DNA of 64,000 nt from Candidatus Moraniibacteriota bacterium (GCA_049303795.1 JBAQNM010000005.1:35228-99227), one strand, 5' to 3'; positions 17,836-27,899 are shown, counted from the first letter of the stretch. The notes: a model not told the origin generated them from the sequence alone. A program made the numbers and translations.

Positions 17836-18423
17836 ATGTACCCAAAATCTTTCAAAAAATTAATTGATAATTTTGCAGCTCTTCCAGCTATTGGACCAAA
17901 GATGGCAGAGCGCTTAGTTTTATTCTTGTTTAAACAGGATTCTCAAAAACTAGCTGAATTTGCTAGGAGTCTTGAGGATTTTAAAAAAAATCTACGTCAT
18001 TGTAAAAAATGTTTCAATATAAGCGAAGAAGAGTTTTGCACTGTCTGTCGCGATTCCAATCGTGATCAAAAAACCATCTGTGTCGTGGAAGATACTTTAG
18101 ACATTTTTGCTATTGAAAAAACTAAAAAATACACAGGAATCTACCACGTACTTGGTGGCGTGCTCAATCCTATAAAATCAATTGAAACTGGAAATCTTCG
18201 CTTCAAAGAACTAGAAAAAAGAATTCAAATAGAAAAAACCGAGGAAGTGATTTTAGCTACCAATCCCACAACCGAAGGAGACGCTACTGCTCTATATATA
18301 ATGCGCCTCCTAAAGCCAACTGGAATCAAAACAACACGCTTTGCTCGTGGACTATCCACAGGAGCAGATATTGAACACGCTGATGAGCTAACACTCAGTT
18401 CAGCGATCTTAAATCGAAAATAG
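17836..18423 (+). CDS. recR: Recombination protein RecR
   Basis: HhH N-terminus LPAIGPKMAERL. C4 zinc finger CKKCFNISEEEFCTVC. Toprim domain VVEDTLDIFAIE. Confidence 0.9.
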   Translation: MYPKSFKKLIDNFAALPAIGPKMAERLVLFLFKQDSQKLAEFARSLEDFKKNLRHCKKCFNISEEEFCTVCRDSNRDQKTICVVEDTLDIFAIEKTKKYTGIYHVLGGVLNPIKSIETGNLRFKELEKRIQIEKTEEVILATNPTTEGDATALYIMRLLKPTGIKTTRFARGLSTGADIEHADELTLSSAILNRK

Positions 18424-18455
18424 TAGGCCTTATTTTCTAGACCTATAAATAACCA

Positions 18456-18490
18456 CAAAAAAACTCGACCGTATTGGCCGAGTTTTTTTA
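18456..18490. terminator. Bidirectional intrinsic terminator between convergent recR and rplU
   Basis: AAAAAAA-CTCGACC-GTATT-GGCCGAG-TTTTTTT. 7-bp stem (G.U on the minus-strand transcript) flanked by A7 and T7. Confidence 0.6.
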
Positions 18491-18501
18491 TAATAATCTT
18501 T

Positions 18502-18810
18502 CTAAGCAATTTTGGTTATTTCTACTTCCGTAAAGATTTGACGATGTCCAAATTTAACATGATATCTTTTTTTCGCCTTAAACTTCACACCAGTCACCTT
18601 ATCACCTTGCTCTGTACGCAAAATCTTGCCTTCTACGACTGCTCCAGCTAGAAAGGGGGCTCCGACCTTAACATCCGTCTCATCGCCCATAAAAAGCACT
18701 TCTGGAAAAACAACCGTGCTTCCCACTTCTCCTTCAATTTTTTCAATTTTAACTTTATCTCCGACCTTAACTTGGTATTGCTTTCCTCCGGTTTTAATGA
18801 TTGCCAACAT
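18502..18810 (-). CDS. rplU: 50S ribosomal protein L21 (bL21)
   Basis: MLAIIKTGGKQYQVKVGDKV...KFKAKKRYHVKFGHRQ is the canonical bL21 sequence. Confidence 0.9.
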   Translation of the reverse strand: MLAIIKTGGKQYQVKVGDKVKIEKIEGEVGSTVVFPEVLFMGDETDVKVGAPFLAGAVVEGKILRTEQGDKVTGVKFKAKKRYHVKFGHRQIFTEVEITKIA

Positions 18811-18849
18811 ATAAATTTCAAAATATTTGATTAAATTTCAACTCTTGTT

Positions 18850-18878
18850 AATATAGCGTATTTAACTATAACTGTCAA
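18850..18878 (-). promoter_or_regulatory. rplU promoter
   Basis: On the minus strand: TTGACA (18878-18873), 17-bp spacer, TATATT (18855-18850). About 33 nt before the rplU start. Confidence 0.55.
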
Positions 18879-18909
18879 ATTGAAGCTAGAAAAAATAAAA
18901 AAATGCTTC

Positions 18910-18938
18910 TGGACAAAATCTTAATCTCCAGCTAATAT
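18910..18938 (+). promoter_or_regulatory. Promoter of the PEGA-protein gene
   Basis: TGGACA (18910-18915), 17-bp spacer, TAATAT (18933-18938). ATG at 18945, so a very short leader. Confidence 0.45.
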
Positions 18939-18944
18939 TTAATT

Positions 18945-20411
18945 ATGGAAAAAATTAAAAGAACTTTATTTTTTTGGTCGTTAGTGCTAATTTTTTGCAT
19001 AGTTACGCCAATTATTGTATTTCAAGCTAAAGGCTACCGCTTTGACTGGCATCGAGGCGTTTTTGTTTTTAGCGGAACGATTTCTTTTAAGGCCAACCCG
19101 CAAAACATTTCAGCCCAATTAAATGGAGTCCTAAGCGAAAATAAAAGGATAAACCGAATAAACGGTGCTTTTAACATTTCAGGACTATTGCCAGATGATT
19201 ATAATTTAAAAATTTCAGCTCCGGACTTTTATCCTTGGGATAAAAAAATCGATGTTCATAGCGGGATCACTTCTGAATTTTGGAATGTCGTTCTTACTAG
19301 GACTAACTATGAGTCAACTAAATATGAAGCGACACTAGGTATTGAAAAATTTTTCACCTCACCAAAAAATGATTTTATGGCCTATACGCAGACCACCGAC
19401 AATGAATTATCTGTGAAAATACTTGAGCTAGACAATTCGAATATAGTTGGCACCTACTTACTCCCAGATTGGAAATTACTTGCAGATGAGAAAAAAGAAA
19501 ATATTGAATGGTCACCAGAAGAAAATTATCTCTCTGTTCCAGTTGAAAATAATGCCACCAGCAATTATTACATAATTGATTTGTCAGCAAAAAATCTTAC
19601 AAATTTGAATGAATTTTTTGGCAAAAATGATATAAAAAATGTTCGTTGGGATCCTAAAGAAAAAGGCTATTTCTTTTTTCTTGATAACAACACTCTTTTT
19701 CGTGGAAACATTTCAGATAAAAATTATCTAGCTATTATCGCGGAAAATACGTCCGCCTTCGAACTCTCTTATGATTCTGTCTATTATATACAACTGCCAA
19801 ACAACCTCATATTCAAAACGAGCTTAGACGGCAAAAAAGAAAGAACCCAAATAACTGACAATTTTCCCGGGGCTGCAGATTCAATAATCAGTCGCATAAT
19901 TATTTATGACGAGTCAAGAATTGCTTTCTTAGATCAAGCAAAAAATTTATTCATCTATAATAATGCAACTCGCGATGAATATTTTAAGTTAATTGGTAAT
20001 AACGTTTTAGAAATGCATTTTTCTAACGACGGAAAAAAACTTCTATTCTGGACTGCCAATGAAATATCTGTTTATTTTACTCGAGATTGGGATGTGCAAC
20101 CAATTCGTAAAGAAAATGACTTGCAAAATATCACCCGCTACTTTGAACCATTACAAAATATTCAATGGTATAAAGATTATGAGCATGTTATTTTTTCTGT
20201 CGGAAAATATACCAAACTTATCGAACTGGATCCACGTGATCATCGAAATTGTTCAGACTTAATCAACACTGAAATAGAAAGTCCTTTTATAAATTATAAT
20301 CACGGACTAGAAAAATTATTTTTTACCAACATTGAAAATGGACAGCTAATTTTGAATTCAATCAATTTTCCTGAAGCAACAACCATTCTTGATACTTTTG
20401 TTGGTGGATAA
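18945..20411 (+). CDS. Exported or membrane-anchored PEGA-domain protein with beta-propeller-like repeats
   Basis: N-terminal signal/anchor LFFWSLVLIFCIVTPII. PEGA-like segment (ISFKANPQNISAQLNGVL...YNLKISAPDFYPWDKKIDVHSGI). Then repeated W..E/D..YL motifs (WSPEENYLSV, WDPKEKGYFFF) suggesting a TolB/WD-like propeller. Confidence 0.6.
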   Translation: MEKIKRTLFFWSLVLIFCIVTPIIVFQAKGYRFDWHRGVFVFSGTISFKANPQNISAQLNGVLSENKRINRINGAFNISGLLPDDYNLKISAPDFYPWDKKIDVHSGITSEFWNVVLTRTNYESTKYEATLGIEKFFTSPKNDFMAYTQTTDNELSVKILELDNSNIVGTYLLPDWKLLADEKKENIEWSPEENYLSVPVENNATSNYYIIDLSAKNLTNLNEFFGKNDIKNVRWDPKEKGYFFFLDNNTLFRGNISDKNYLAIIAENTSAFELSYDSVYYIQLPNNLIFKTSLDGKKERTQITDNFPGAADSIISRIIIYDESRIAFLDQAKNLFIYNNATRDEYFKLIGNNVLEMHFSNDGKKLLFWTANEISVYFTRDWDVQPIRKENDLQNITRYFEPLQNIQWYKDYEHVIFSVGKYTKLIELDPRDHRNCSDLINTEIESPFINYNHGLEKLFFTNIENGQLILNSINFPEATTILDTFVGG

Positions 20412-20442
20412 TAAAAAACGCTAGCAAAGGCTAGTGTTTTTT
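20412..20442. terminator. Bidirectional terminator between the PEGA gene and the glycan-cluster gene
   Basis: AAAAAA-CGCTAGC-AAAG-GCTAGTG-TTTTTT. 7-bp stem with one G.U, flanked by A6 and T6. Confidence 0.55.
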
Positions 20443-20492
20443 AAAATTTGCACCAATCGCAAATTTTTTTATTCAAAATTTTCCGATATATT

Positions 20493-21863
20493 CTATTGAT
20501 TTTCACTTAGAATCCAGTCTTTATTTAGATCAACCTGATAGGTAGTTTTGTTTTGGCTTTTATAAATAATAATGATCTCGCCTTTGACATCACCTGAGCC
20601 AGATTGTCTTTGAATAAGTAAATCATAATTTTCCACTGCATTTTGCGGCAATGTGTAGTAAAATTCTATTGTTTTAGTTTGCCCAAGCGGAACACCCACT
20701 AATGTTCCAACGAATTTCTTCTCCAAATCTTCTCCAAATTTTTTTTCTCCCAAATCTTTTGAGTCAGTAAGCCAACTACCCTTCGGGGTATAGACGCGTA
20801 AATATGTCAAATAATCTTTTGTCATCCAATCTTTTTCTTTAGCTGTGTGCTGATAAGTAATTTTTAAACTTGCCTTTGGCATATCGCCTGACAAATCAAC
20901 TGTATACACAAAGGATCTTCGCATATAATAATCACTTTTCCAAGCGCCCATATTTGCATCCACCATCATCAAATAGTCACTTGTCCAATTTTTCCTCACA
21001 CTACCATCCCACTCAGCCTTTTTAGCCTGATTTTCCAATTCAACATCCTTAAAATAAAGCTGGATATCCTTGCGATTCAAATCATCCAAAATAACTTCCG
21101 CTAATTTAATTTTCTGCGAAATACTCATCGAAAAAACTTTATTTTGAATTTCCTTAGCTAATAAATTCATCACGCTCTTTCTCTCTCCTTCTTTAATCCC
21201 CTGATTAATATAACCTTGTTCAACTTGATGCTCTAAGGTCAAAACAGCATCTTCGCTATCATAGGTGCCTGGAAATCCTTCAATTTCAATTGGTCCGGTG
21301 ACTTTTAAAAACGACGTCAACACATTACTATTAATCGCAATGATGCCATCAAAATTTTCTTGTCCTTGCCCCATTTTATAAAATTCCTCCGCTTTTTTAG
21401 CATTTTCCAAAAAATCAGGAGACCAGTTGGAGTCACGCAATTTCCAAGAAGATACTCGTAGCGTTTCTTTTATTGGATATGGAGGCAAAACATCATCAGG
21501 AATGCGTCCATCGAAATTAGAAAGGTCATGAGTTTGCAACTCTAAGATCTGACCGTCCTTCATCTTTAAAATTCCAAACGAACCTATATAGCCTCCTCCG
21601 GGACGAAGTTCCATATTGTTTTGAAAAAGCAACATAAAAGTTTTTTCTTTTCCATCTTTTTGAAAAAGATATTCAGCAAAACTGGACATGGTTTTAAATT
21701 TGGCTTTCTTAAGCTCATCAATTGGTAAGAAATCAATAACTGAGTTAATTAAACCAAAATTAGTAGTATTTCTGATTTGCCAAAAAAAACACCAACCGGT
21801 CAAGAAAATAACCGAAATTGACCAGAAAATAATCCAGAATTTTTTTGAGTATTTTTTTGCCAT
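20493..21863 (-). CDS. Hypothetical membrane-anchored extracytoplasmic protein, first gene of the glycan cluster
   Basis: 456-aa ORF with one N-terminal TM (FWIIFWSISVIFLTGWCFFW) then a large soluble domain. No catalytic motif recognised. Adjacent to two GT4 genes on the same strand. Confidence 0.55.
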   Translation of the reverse strand: MAKKYSKKFWIIFWSISVIFLTGWCFFWQIRNTTNFGLINSVIDFLPIDELKKAKFKTMSSFAEYLFQKDGKEKTFMLLFQNNMELRPGGGYIGSFGILKMKDGQILELQTHDLSNFDGRIPDDVLPPYPIKETLRVSSWKLRDSNWSPDFLENAKKAEEFYKMGQGQENFDGIIAINSNVLTSFLKVTGPIEIEGFPGTYDSEDAVLTLEHQVEQGYINQGIKEGERKSVMNLLAKEIQNKVFSMSISQKIKLAEVILDDLNRKDIQLYFKDVELENQAKKAEWDGSVRKNWTSDYLMMVDANMGAWKSDYYMRRSFVYTVDLSGDMPKASLKITYQHTAKEKDWMTKDYLTYLRVYTPKGSWLTDSKDLGEKKFGEDLEKKFVGTLVGVPLGQTKTIEFYYTLPQNAVENYDLLIQRQSGSGDVKGEIIIIYKSQNKTTYQVDLNKDWILSENQ

Positions 21864-21884
21864 ATATAATTATTACTTTTAATA

Positions 21885-23018
21885 TTATTTACTTTTTCTA
21901 TCCTGAACTTCTCTATATAATTTTTCAATTCGTAAAACAATTTTATCCCAATCATAAAGCTCCTGAGCTAATGCTCGACTATCTTCACCAGCCTTTTTGG
22001 CCAACTCTGGATTGTTTAGAGCAAACAGTAATTTATCTCCCAAATCTTTCTCATCCTTGTTATGAAAGACAAAGCCAGTACCCTTTAAAACATCTGTGTT
22101 TTCTGGAATATCACTAATCAAAATAGCCTTCCCATAACCCATCGCCTCCAAAAGTGCCAGCGACATCCCCTCTGACTCAGATGGTTGAATAAAAAGAAAA
22201 CAATGCGAAAAAAGTTGTTCTAATTTTTTTCCGCTAACCGTACCGGTAAAAATAATATTTTTATTATTTTTGGCTAAATCTTTAAGGTAACCAACATACT
22301 CGTCTGTAAAAGATCCGTCACCCGCTATTACTAATTTTTTTCCTTGATTTAAATTTTTCTCACAAAGTTTATTGAATGCATTGATTAGATAATGCACGCC
22401 TTTGTGCCTAATCAGACGACTCGCTGAAAGAATATATTCATTTTTTTGCAAATTCCAATTAGCCAATGCATCGTGATTAGGATTAAACCTAATTTCTGCA
22501 CCATTAGGAATAATTACAGGACTACTTCCATATTTTTCTTTAGCATGATCATAAAGCATTTGGCTAATTGCAATCGTCTCATCAGGAATGGTACAGGTTA
22601 ATTTTTCTGAAAAACGCAAATAAGCTCGCGCAAAAACACCCCATTTTTTATGAAAGTAATCTTGGCATTGAAAAGTAGAGATAATTACAGCTTTTATTTT
22701 CAGTATTTTTGGAATTATACTTAAAGATGTCGGTCCAATTGAGTGATAATGAATAACGTCATAATTCTGAAATAATGCATGCATTGTAGCAAAAAAAGTA
22801 TGACTAATAGCATCTAAATTCTTTGTTGGAATACTAGGCAAGTGAATAAGTTTTGCGCCTTCATATTCATGCAAATTTTTGTCTGTATAATTATTTCTCA
22901 CATAAACAAAGACCTCATGACCATTTCTTGCCATTCTTGTCGCCACTTCTTCAACATAGCGTTCAACTCCGCCTGTCTTTACCGGTATTCCTTTTTGCCC
23001 AATATAAGCTATTTTCAT
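21885..23018 (-). CDS. Glycosyltransferase family 4 (GT-B, retaining)
   Basis: N-terminal GGVERYVEEVATRMARNGHEV. C-terminal EGMSLALLEAMGYGKAILISD (EX7E-type motif). Confidence 0.8.
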   Translation of the reverse strand: MKIAYIGQKGIPVKTGGVERYVEEVATRMARNGHEVFVYVRNNYTDKNLHEYEGAKLIHLPSIPTKNLDAISHTFFATMHALFQNYDVIHYHSIGPTSLSIIPKILKIKAVIISTFQCQDYFHKKWGVFARAYLRFSEKLTCTIPDETIAISQMLYDHAKEKYGSSPVIIPNGAEIRFNPNHDALANWNLQKNEYILSASRLIRHKGVHYLINAFNKLCEKNLNQGKKLVIAGDGSFTDEYVGYLKDLAKNNKNIIFTGTVSGKKLEQLFSHCFLFIQPSESEGMSLALLEAMGYGKAILISDIPENTDVLKGTGFVFHNKDEKDLGDKLLFALNNPELAKKAGEDSRALAQELYDWDKIVLRIEKLYREVQDRKSK

Positions 23019-23064
23019 GATCTAAATTTAACTGTTTTTAACTAACAAATATAGCATTTTTAGG

Positions 23065-24255
23065 CTAATTTGTCAACTCCTTAAAAATACTACCAATTTT
23101 TTTAGTATATTCATCAGCCGTAAAATCACCGGCGCGCTGTATAGCGTTTTGAGAGAATATTTCACATAGATTGTCATCCTGAGTTAATAGGTCTAATTTT
23201 TCTTTAAACTGGGCTGGGTCTTGGCATAAAAATCCGGTTTTATTGTTTTCGATTATCTCACTATATGCTCCCGTATCATAACCAATAAAAGGCTTTCCAA
23301 AACTCAAAGCCTCAAGCGCAATCAAACCAAATGTTTCCGGCAACTTTGAGCCGGAAACAATAAATCTGGCGTTTTCGATATACTTTTTCAAGTCAACCTT
23401 ATTAAGTGCACCTAAATATTTTATTTGGCTGTGTTTTTTAAACTCAAAACCGTCCTCAAGCACGCCAGCCAAATACAGCCTGATATTCTTGTTATTTTCA
23501 AATAAATCAATTAGTTCAAAAACATTTTTATCCTCCGCTATCTTGCCAAAATAAAATGCATATTTTTCAGTTTTAACTTCAGGCTCATTATTTTTTTCCG
23601 TCGGCAAAAGGAAATGTGGCAAAACAATTATTTTATTTTCAGCAATTCCATCAGCCACTAATTTATTTTTCAAAAACACACTGGGACAAATATATTTATC
23701 AATATTTTTAGCATAAATATCCAAATATTTATGCAATAAAAACTCTGAAAGTACTAAAAAACTTTTTAAGAAAGAATTTTTAAAACTCTTATTGTAAATA
23801 AATTTCCAATATCTATGTTCGCCAAGTTGTTCCCAATTTTGCAACAAATAATTCGGACAGATCAATTTATAATCATGCACCGTCATCACAATGGGAATAT
23901 TTTTCTTCTTTATTTCACTAAGAATTGATGGGGAAATTTGATGGTAGATATTATGAATATGCACGATATCCGGCTGAAAATCGGCTAGCAATTTTCTGAT
24001 TTTTATTTTCGCCTCAAAAGAATAGAACATGCGAAAAACACCTTTTATTCTTTGCCAAAAAGTTGAATCATTTTGATTGTATCCGACATAACTGACAAAA
24101 TATTTTTGCCAAGGAGAAAATAAATTATGAGGACTTTTCATCGAAAAAATCGCCACACTATGTCCAGCTAATTTAAGCAAAGAAACAACATCCAAAAAAT
24201 GCCTATCTGCTCCGCCTTTTGCATAATTAAATTTATTGATTTCTAATATTTTCAT
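23065..24255 (-). CDS. Glycosyltransferase family 4 (GT-B)
   Basis: N-terminal GGADRHFLDVVSLLKLAGH. C-terminal ETFGLIALEALSFGKPFIGYDTGAYSEII. Confidence 0.8.
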   Translation of the reverse strand: MKILEINKFNYAKGGADRHFLDVVSLLKLAGHSVAIFSMKSPHNLFSPWQKYFVSYVGYNQNDSTFWQRIKGVFRMFYSFEAKIKIRKLLADFQPDIVHIHNIYHQISPSILSEIKKKNIPIVMTVHDYKLICPNYLLQNWEQLGEHRYWKFIYNKSFKNSFLKSFLVLSEFLLHKYLDIYAKNIDKYICPSVFLKNKLVADGIAENKIIVLPHFLLPTEKNNEPEVKTEKYAFYFGKIAEDKNVFELIDLFENNKNIRLYLAGVLEDGFEFKKHSQIKYLGALNKVDLKKYIENARFIVSGSKLPETFGLIALEALSFGKPFIGYDTGAYSEIIENNKTGFLCQDPAQFKEKLDLLTQDDNLCEIFSQNAIQRAGDFTADEYTKKIGSIFKELTN

Positions 24256-24899
24256 ATTTTTTCTTTTTCATCAATAAAAACAATAAAATCTACTGTAAAA
24301 AATAATAACTTGTTTTTTATAATCTGATAATTTTTAATTCCAGCTTCTTTTAAAAGACTTTTAACCTGACTGATTGTTAAAAGGTGCATATAATCCCCTG
24401 ATGCCCAACCTTTTCCAATCAGGCACAAAAATTTATCAAAATATTTTTTTGCTAAAAATATGTGCATGAGCGGAATATGCGTATGCACCTCAAAAGGAAA
24501 ATTTCTATTTGGCGTGGTCAGAAAAACTTTTCGCGAAACCCTAACTATTTCTCTCAAAAAATTAACCTGTTTTTCTGCGTCACCCACATGTTCCAAGGTA
24601 GCATTTGACCAAGCAACATCAAATTGATTATCAATAAAAGGCATTTTAATTCCATTATAAGTGACGACACTGACAAGTGGGTAATTTTTATGAAATTTTT
24701 CAGAGCTATCCACGCCAAGTGCGGTAATATTTTCTGGAAAAGGATACTTTTTTTCAATAAAATTATCCATAGCACTATATTCTTCGTTAGAAAAGCCCAC
24801 ATCTAAAATCTTGATCTTAGCATCAATTTTAATTAGACTCTGAAATTTTTTCCATTTCCGGTTTCGATTAAAGGCAGAAATTTTATGAGCGATTGACAT
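24252..24899 (-). CDS. Class I SAM-dependent methyltransferase
   Basis: KILDVGFSNEEY motif I and FDVAWSNATLEHVGDAEKQVNFLREIVRVSRKVFLTTPN (Methyltransf_11-like). 4-nt overlap with the upstream GT4. Confidence 0.7.
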   Translation of the reverse strand: MSIAHKISAFNRNRKWKKFQSLIKIDAKIKILDVGFSNEEYSAMDNFIEKKYPFPENITALGVDSSEKFHKNYPLVSVVTYNGIKMPFIDNQFDVAWSNATLEHVGDAEKQVNFLREIVRVSRKVFLTTPNRNFPFEVHTHIPLMHIFLAKKYFDKFLCLIGKGWASGDYMHLLTISQVKSLLKEAGIKNYQIIKNKLLFFTVDFIVFIDEKEKI

Positions 24900-24938
24900 A
24901 ATTTTTTTATTTACAGAACTTACGCGTTTGACGAGAAA

Positions 24939-26375
24939 TTATTCTTGATTAAATTTTATCTCTGGCAAAATTCTAGCCAAACCAAGCATTATCCACAAAA
25001 AAAGATTTAACGTATTGGTTTCCATATAAGGCTGAAATAAAGAAGCAACAAGGAACAAAGACAAACAACCCATTAGAGCGTATTTATAAACATTTCGGGA
25101 GCTATTTCCATTATCCAATTTAATGAGCTTTCTTACAACTAAAAAAACAAAATAAAGAAATATTCCCAGTCCAAAAAATCCCAACTGAACAATCATTACA
25201 AAATAGGAATTATGCATTTCTCGTACATTAATTATGGCCTGATAACCTTTTTTTTCCACAAAAATCTTTTGTCCAGTGCCATTTCCCAGTATGAAATTTT
25301 TTCCATATTTTTCATAAGCACTTTTCCAAACCAAAATTCGCCAAGAAGCGCTTTCATCTTCTTCCAGTGAGGCCAGTGAACCACCACGAGTAACAATAAC
25401 CACCCGAGATTTATTAATAATCTCATTAACTTTCGAATTGGGAGCCATCCAGGATATATATAAGGCAATAAAGATTGCTAATGAGAAAAAGATTGAGATG
25501 CTGGCAACTATTTTTATAAACTTTATTTTCTTATCTCTAGTCAGAAAGAAATAAACGATTGCCAGGCTAGCAAAAATACTCAGCCATAAATGTCGCATCA
25601 TTGTGCCAACAATACCAATAATCCAAATAATGCTAAGCGCCATTTTCCAATCAAATTGAAGAAATTTTTTCTTTTGTTCAAAAATCAATTTTGCAAAAAG
25701 CGCAAAAAGAGCAAAGCTGACAAATAGCCCATGTGTGAAAGCTAGAAGCCTTAATCCCGGCGTAAGTTCGCTCCAAATACCTTTTCCCAAAATAAGTCCA
25801 GCAATAATAAATCCAACAATACTAATCGCGCCAGCCAAGAAAAATTTTGCCAGTCTTTTAAAATCAACCTCAGTTCTAATTAGAAAAAAAACAATAAAAT
25901 ATAACAGCCCATAAAAAGCCACACTTTTCAATGAACTAAAAGCCAGAGAAAAATCCGCTTTCAAAAAAAAGATGCTAACAAAAAAATATAAGATGTTTAA
26001 AATAATAAACCCGATCAAAATCCAGTCTACGCGCTTCTTCTTAAGGCCAGCCAAGCATTGTGTCAATATTCCCAAAATAGTGCCAATTATTAAAATATCT
26101 AAAGGATAAATTCGATAGCCGATTTTCCCGATTGTAAACGGTGTCAATGTAAAATTAAGTTCAAAAATCATCGTTAAAAAAATGATTGCGTAGAGACCGC
26201 TCCGCGGATAAAAAAATGCAACCAAAAAACTCACCCCCATCGCAACCAAATATAAAGGTAAAATAAAACCAATGAATAAATTTACAATAAGAAACAATGA
26301 TACTAAAATAATCAAGAAAATCGCGCTCAACGCTTCTATATGAATATTCAATTTTTGATTGGTATTTTTAAACAT
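24939..26375 (-). CDS. O-antigen ligase/polymerase-like polytopic membrane protein (Wzy_C-like)
   Basis: 478 aa with at least 10 predicted TM helices and a large extracytoplasmic loop near the C-terminus. Located in a glycan-synthesis context. Confidence 0.5.
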   Translation of the reverse strand: MFKNTNQKLNIHIEALSAIFLIILVSLFLIVNLFIGFILPLYLVAMGVSFLVAFFYPRSGLYAIIFLTMIFELNFTLTPFTIGKIGYRIYPLDILIIGTILGILTQCLAGLKKKRVDWILIGFIILNILYFFVSIFFLKADFSLAFSSLKSVAFYGLLYFIVFFLIRTEVDFKRLAKFFLAGAISIVGFIIAGLILGKGIWSELTPGLRLLAFTHGLFVSFALFALFAKLIFEQKKKFLQFDWKMALSIIWIIGIVGTMMRHLWLSIFASLAIVYFFLTRDKKIKFIKIVASISIFFSLAIFIALYISWMAPNSKVNEIINKSRVVIVTRGGSLASLEEDESASWRILVWKSAYEKYGKNFILGNGTGQKIFVEKKGYQAIINVREMHNSYFVMIVQLGFFGLGIFLYFVFLVVRKLIKLDNGNSSRNVYKYALMGCLSLFLVASLFQPYMETNTLNLFLWIMLGLARILPEIKFNQE

Positions 26376-26380
26376 ACGGC

Positions 26381-27037
26381 CTAAGCTTTATTTTTACGAT
26401 CCCTTAAATAATGATAAATTTCTTTAATATAAGGAACTGATCCAAAAATATATCTAGCTTTTCTGAAGTAATATTTTTTTCTAAGGCTGCTAATTGTTTT
26501 TGCATCGCCCAAAAGGACAATGTGACTTTCAAAATCACTGATAAAAAATGTTTTGCCAAATTTCTTGAAATCTTTTTTTACCCACTCCGCCAAATGTGTT
26601 TCATATTGATTAGAAAAAACTTCTTTTTGATCTCCAATATTTTTCGGCACTGAGATCAAAACAGCCTTATTTTTTGAAAGTATTTTTTTAATCAAATCGG
26701 ATCCGGCTTTTTTTTCAAAATGCTCCAAGACATCAATCAAAAGCACGAGGTCATAGGAGTTTTTCAAATCGTTGATGATTTTAGTTGCGTCGCCAATATG
26801 AATTTCATCATAGATAAATCGATGTAACGGTGTGATGTAGCTTTCAAAAACTTCCACTCCGTCAATCTTTCTTTTAAAATCAGAATATTTCTCTCGCCCA
26901 TCCCACAGCTCCAAATATTCACGACACAAAACACCATATTTACCGAAACCAACGCCAATATCCAAGATGGAATTGGGATTATGGGAGATAATCGCTTCGA
27001 TAATTTTAGAAATTTGATAATTTTGACTGGTTGGCAT
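26381..27037 (-). CDS. Class I SAM-dependent methyltransferase
   Basis: ILDIGVGFGKYGVL motif I. DLVLLIDVLEHFEKK post-I/motif II pattern. 218 aa. Confidence 0.7.
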   Translation of the reverse strand: MPTSQNYQISKIIEAIISHNPNSILDIGVGFGKYGVLCREYLELWDGREKYSDFKRKIDGVEVFESYITPLHRFIYDEIHIGDATKIINDLKNSYDLVLLIDVLEHFEKKAGSDLIKKILSKNKAVLISVPKNIGDQKEVFSNQYETHLAEWVKKDFKKFGKTFFISDFESHIVLLGDAKTISSLRKKYYFRKARYIFGSVPYIKEIYHYLRDRKNKA

Positions 27038-27093
27038 TGAATTTATCGGCTCATTTAACTATTTATTATAACAAAAAAGTATACCACATTTCA

Positions 27094-27135
27094 GAAAAAA
27101 AAGCAAGCCTCGGACCGTTAGGTCGCAAGACTTGC
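27094..27135 (-). terminator. Terminator downstream of the island small secreted-protein gene
   Basis: Minus strand: GCAAG[UCUUGC GACC-UAAC-GGUC CGAGG]CUUGC then U8. Confidence 0.4.
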
Positions 27136-27189
27136 AATTGGGGGAGGTTTTCCTCCGAGTTGATTGTTTTTCAGGTTGCGCCCGCTGCT

Positions 27190-27573
27190 TTACTTTGTAA
27201 GTTGCGGAAAAATGTATGCGCAGCCCGATTCGCCGCAGGTAACCGTCAAATGACCACCGGGCCGGAAACTCGGAGTAATCATCTGGTACCACGTTCCTTC
27301 CGAGTCCTTCCAGAGGAAATTGAAGGCTTGGCCGCGATCCAGCTTGAAGCTGGTTTTCGCGCCGATTTTGTCCGGTGCCACACCGCGGACCTCGTCGTAA
27401 ATTTCTACGGTAACCAGGGTTGCACCGGCCGGCATGGGCGATATGGTCGTGTTTCCGTTTTCGTCACATGAAACGGTGACATCAACGTACTTGGCCGTCG
27501 CAAACGCGCTCCCGGTCACCAGCGTCATTAAACTCAAAAAAATCAGTACTGTCATCAATGCGGTTTTTTTCAT
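27190..27573 (-). CDS. Small secreted protein (signal peptide) encoded in the GC-rich island
   Basis: ATG at 27573 preceded by GAGGAGAC with a 7-nt spacer. Signal peptide MKKTALMTVLIFLSLMTLVTGSAFA. Four Cys in the mature part. A sigma70-like promoter is upstream and a compound hairpin plus U8 downstream. Confidence 0.55.
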   Translation of the reverse strand: MKKTALMTVLIFLSLMTLVTGSAFATAKYVDVTVSCDENGNTTISPMPAGATLVTVEIYDEVRGVAPDKIGAKTSFKLDRGQAFNFLWKDSEGTWYQMITPSFRPGGHLTVTCGESGCAYIFPQLTK

Positions 27574-27644
27574 GATACCTGTCTCCTCGTGTTGTTGGGT
27601 TTGTGTTTTTTGTTGTTAGTGTGCTTTCCATTCCTGAATATTGT

Positions 27645-27672
27645 ATTATACACAATCCCCACCAAAAGTCAA
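27645..27672 (-). promoter_or_regulatory. Promoter of the island small secreted-protein gene
   Basis: Minus strand: TTGACT (27672-27667), 16-bp spacer, TATAAT (27650-27645). The -35 sits in the loop of a CCCCAC/GTGGGG hairpin. Confidence 0.5.
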
Positions 27673-27749
27673 GTGGGGTAAAAACTATATATATCAACGA
27701 GCACTAGGTGCCCGATTTAGATATTGGGATTTTTCTTTTGGATTAAATA

Positions 27750-27838
27750 CTCGCCCACCACTCCAGCTCGTTATCCATCAAAAGAAAAATAATTTGTTAC
27801 ACCAAATGCCTGATAAGCTCGCCCACCACTCCAGCTCG
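27750..27838. repeat. Two copies of a 21-bp direct repeat CTCGCCCACCACTCCAGCTCG (27750-27770 and 27818-27838), 68-bp period
   Basis: Exact 21/21 match. The flanks after each copy are also similar (TTATCCAT versus CCTTATCAAT). Lies in GC-rich intergenic DNA of the island. Confidence 0.5.
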
Positions 27839-27899
27839 CCTTATCAATGCTATCGGTTTTTTTCCTGACGAAACGTCAGATTCGTTTCAGATCAACTTC

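Noticed and set aside
27031-27471. 146-aa plus-strand ORF overlapping the island's small secreted-protein gene
   Set aside because: Arg/Ala-rich translation typical of an antisense frame in GC-rich DNA, with no RBS. The opposite-strand gene has a signal peptide, SD, promoter and terminator.
27750-27838. CRISPR array
   Set aside because: Only two repeat copies, no cas genes in the window, and the repeat is not palindromic in the usual way.
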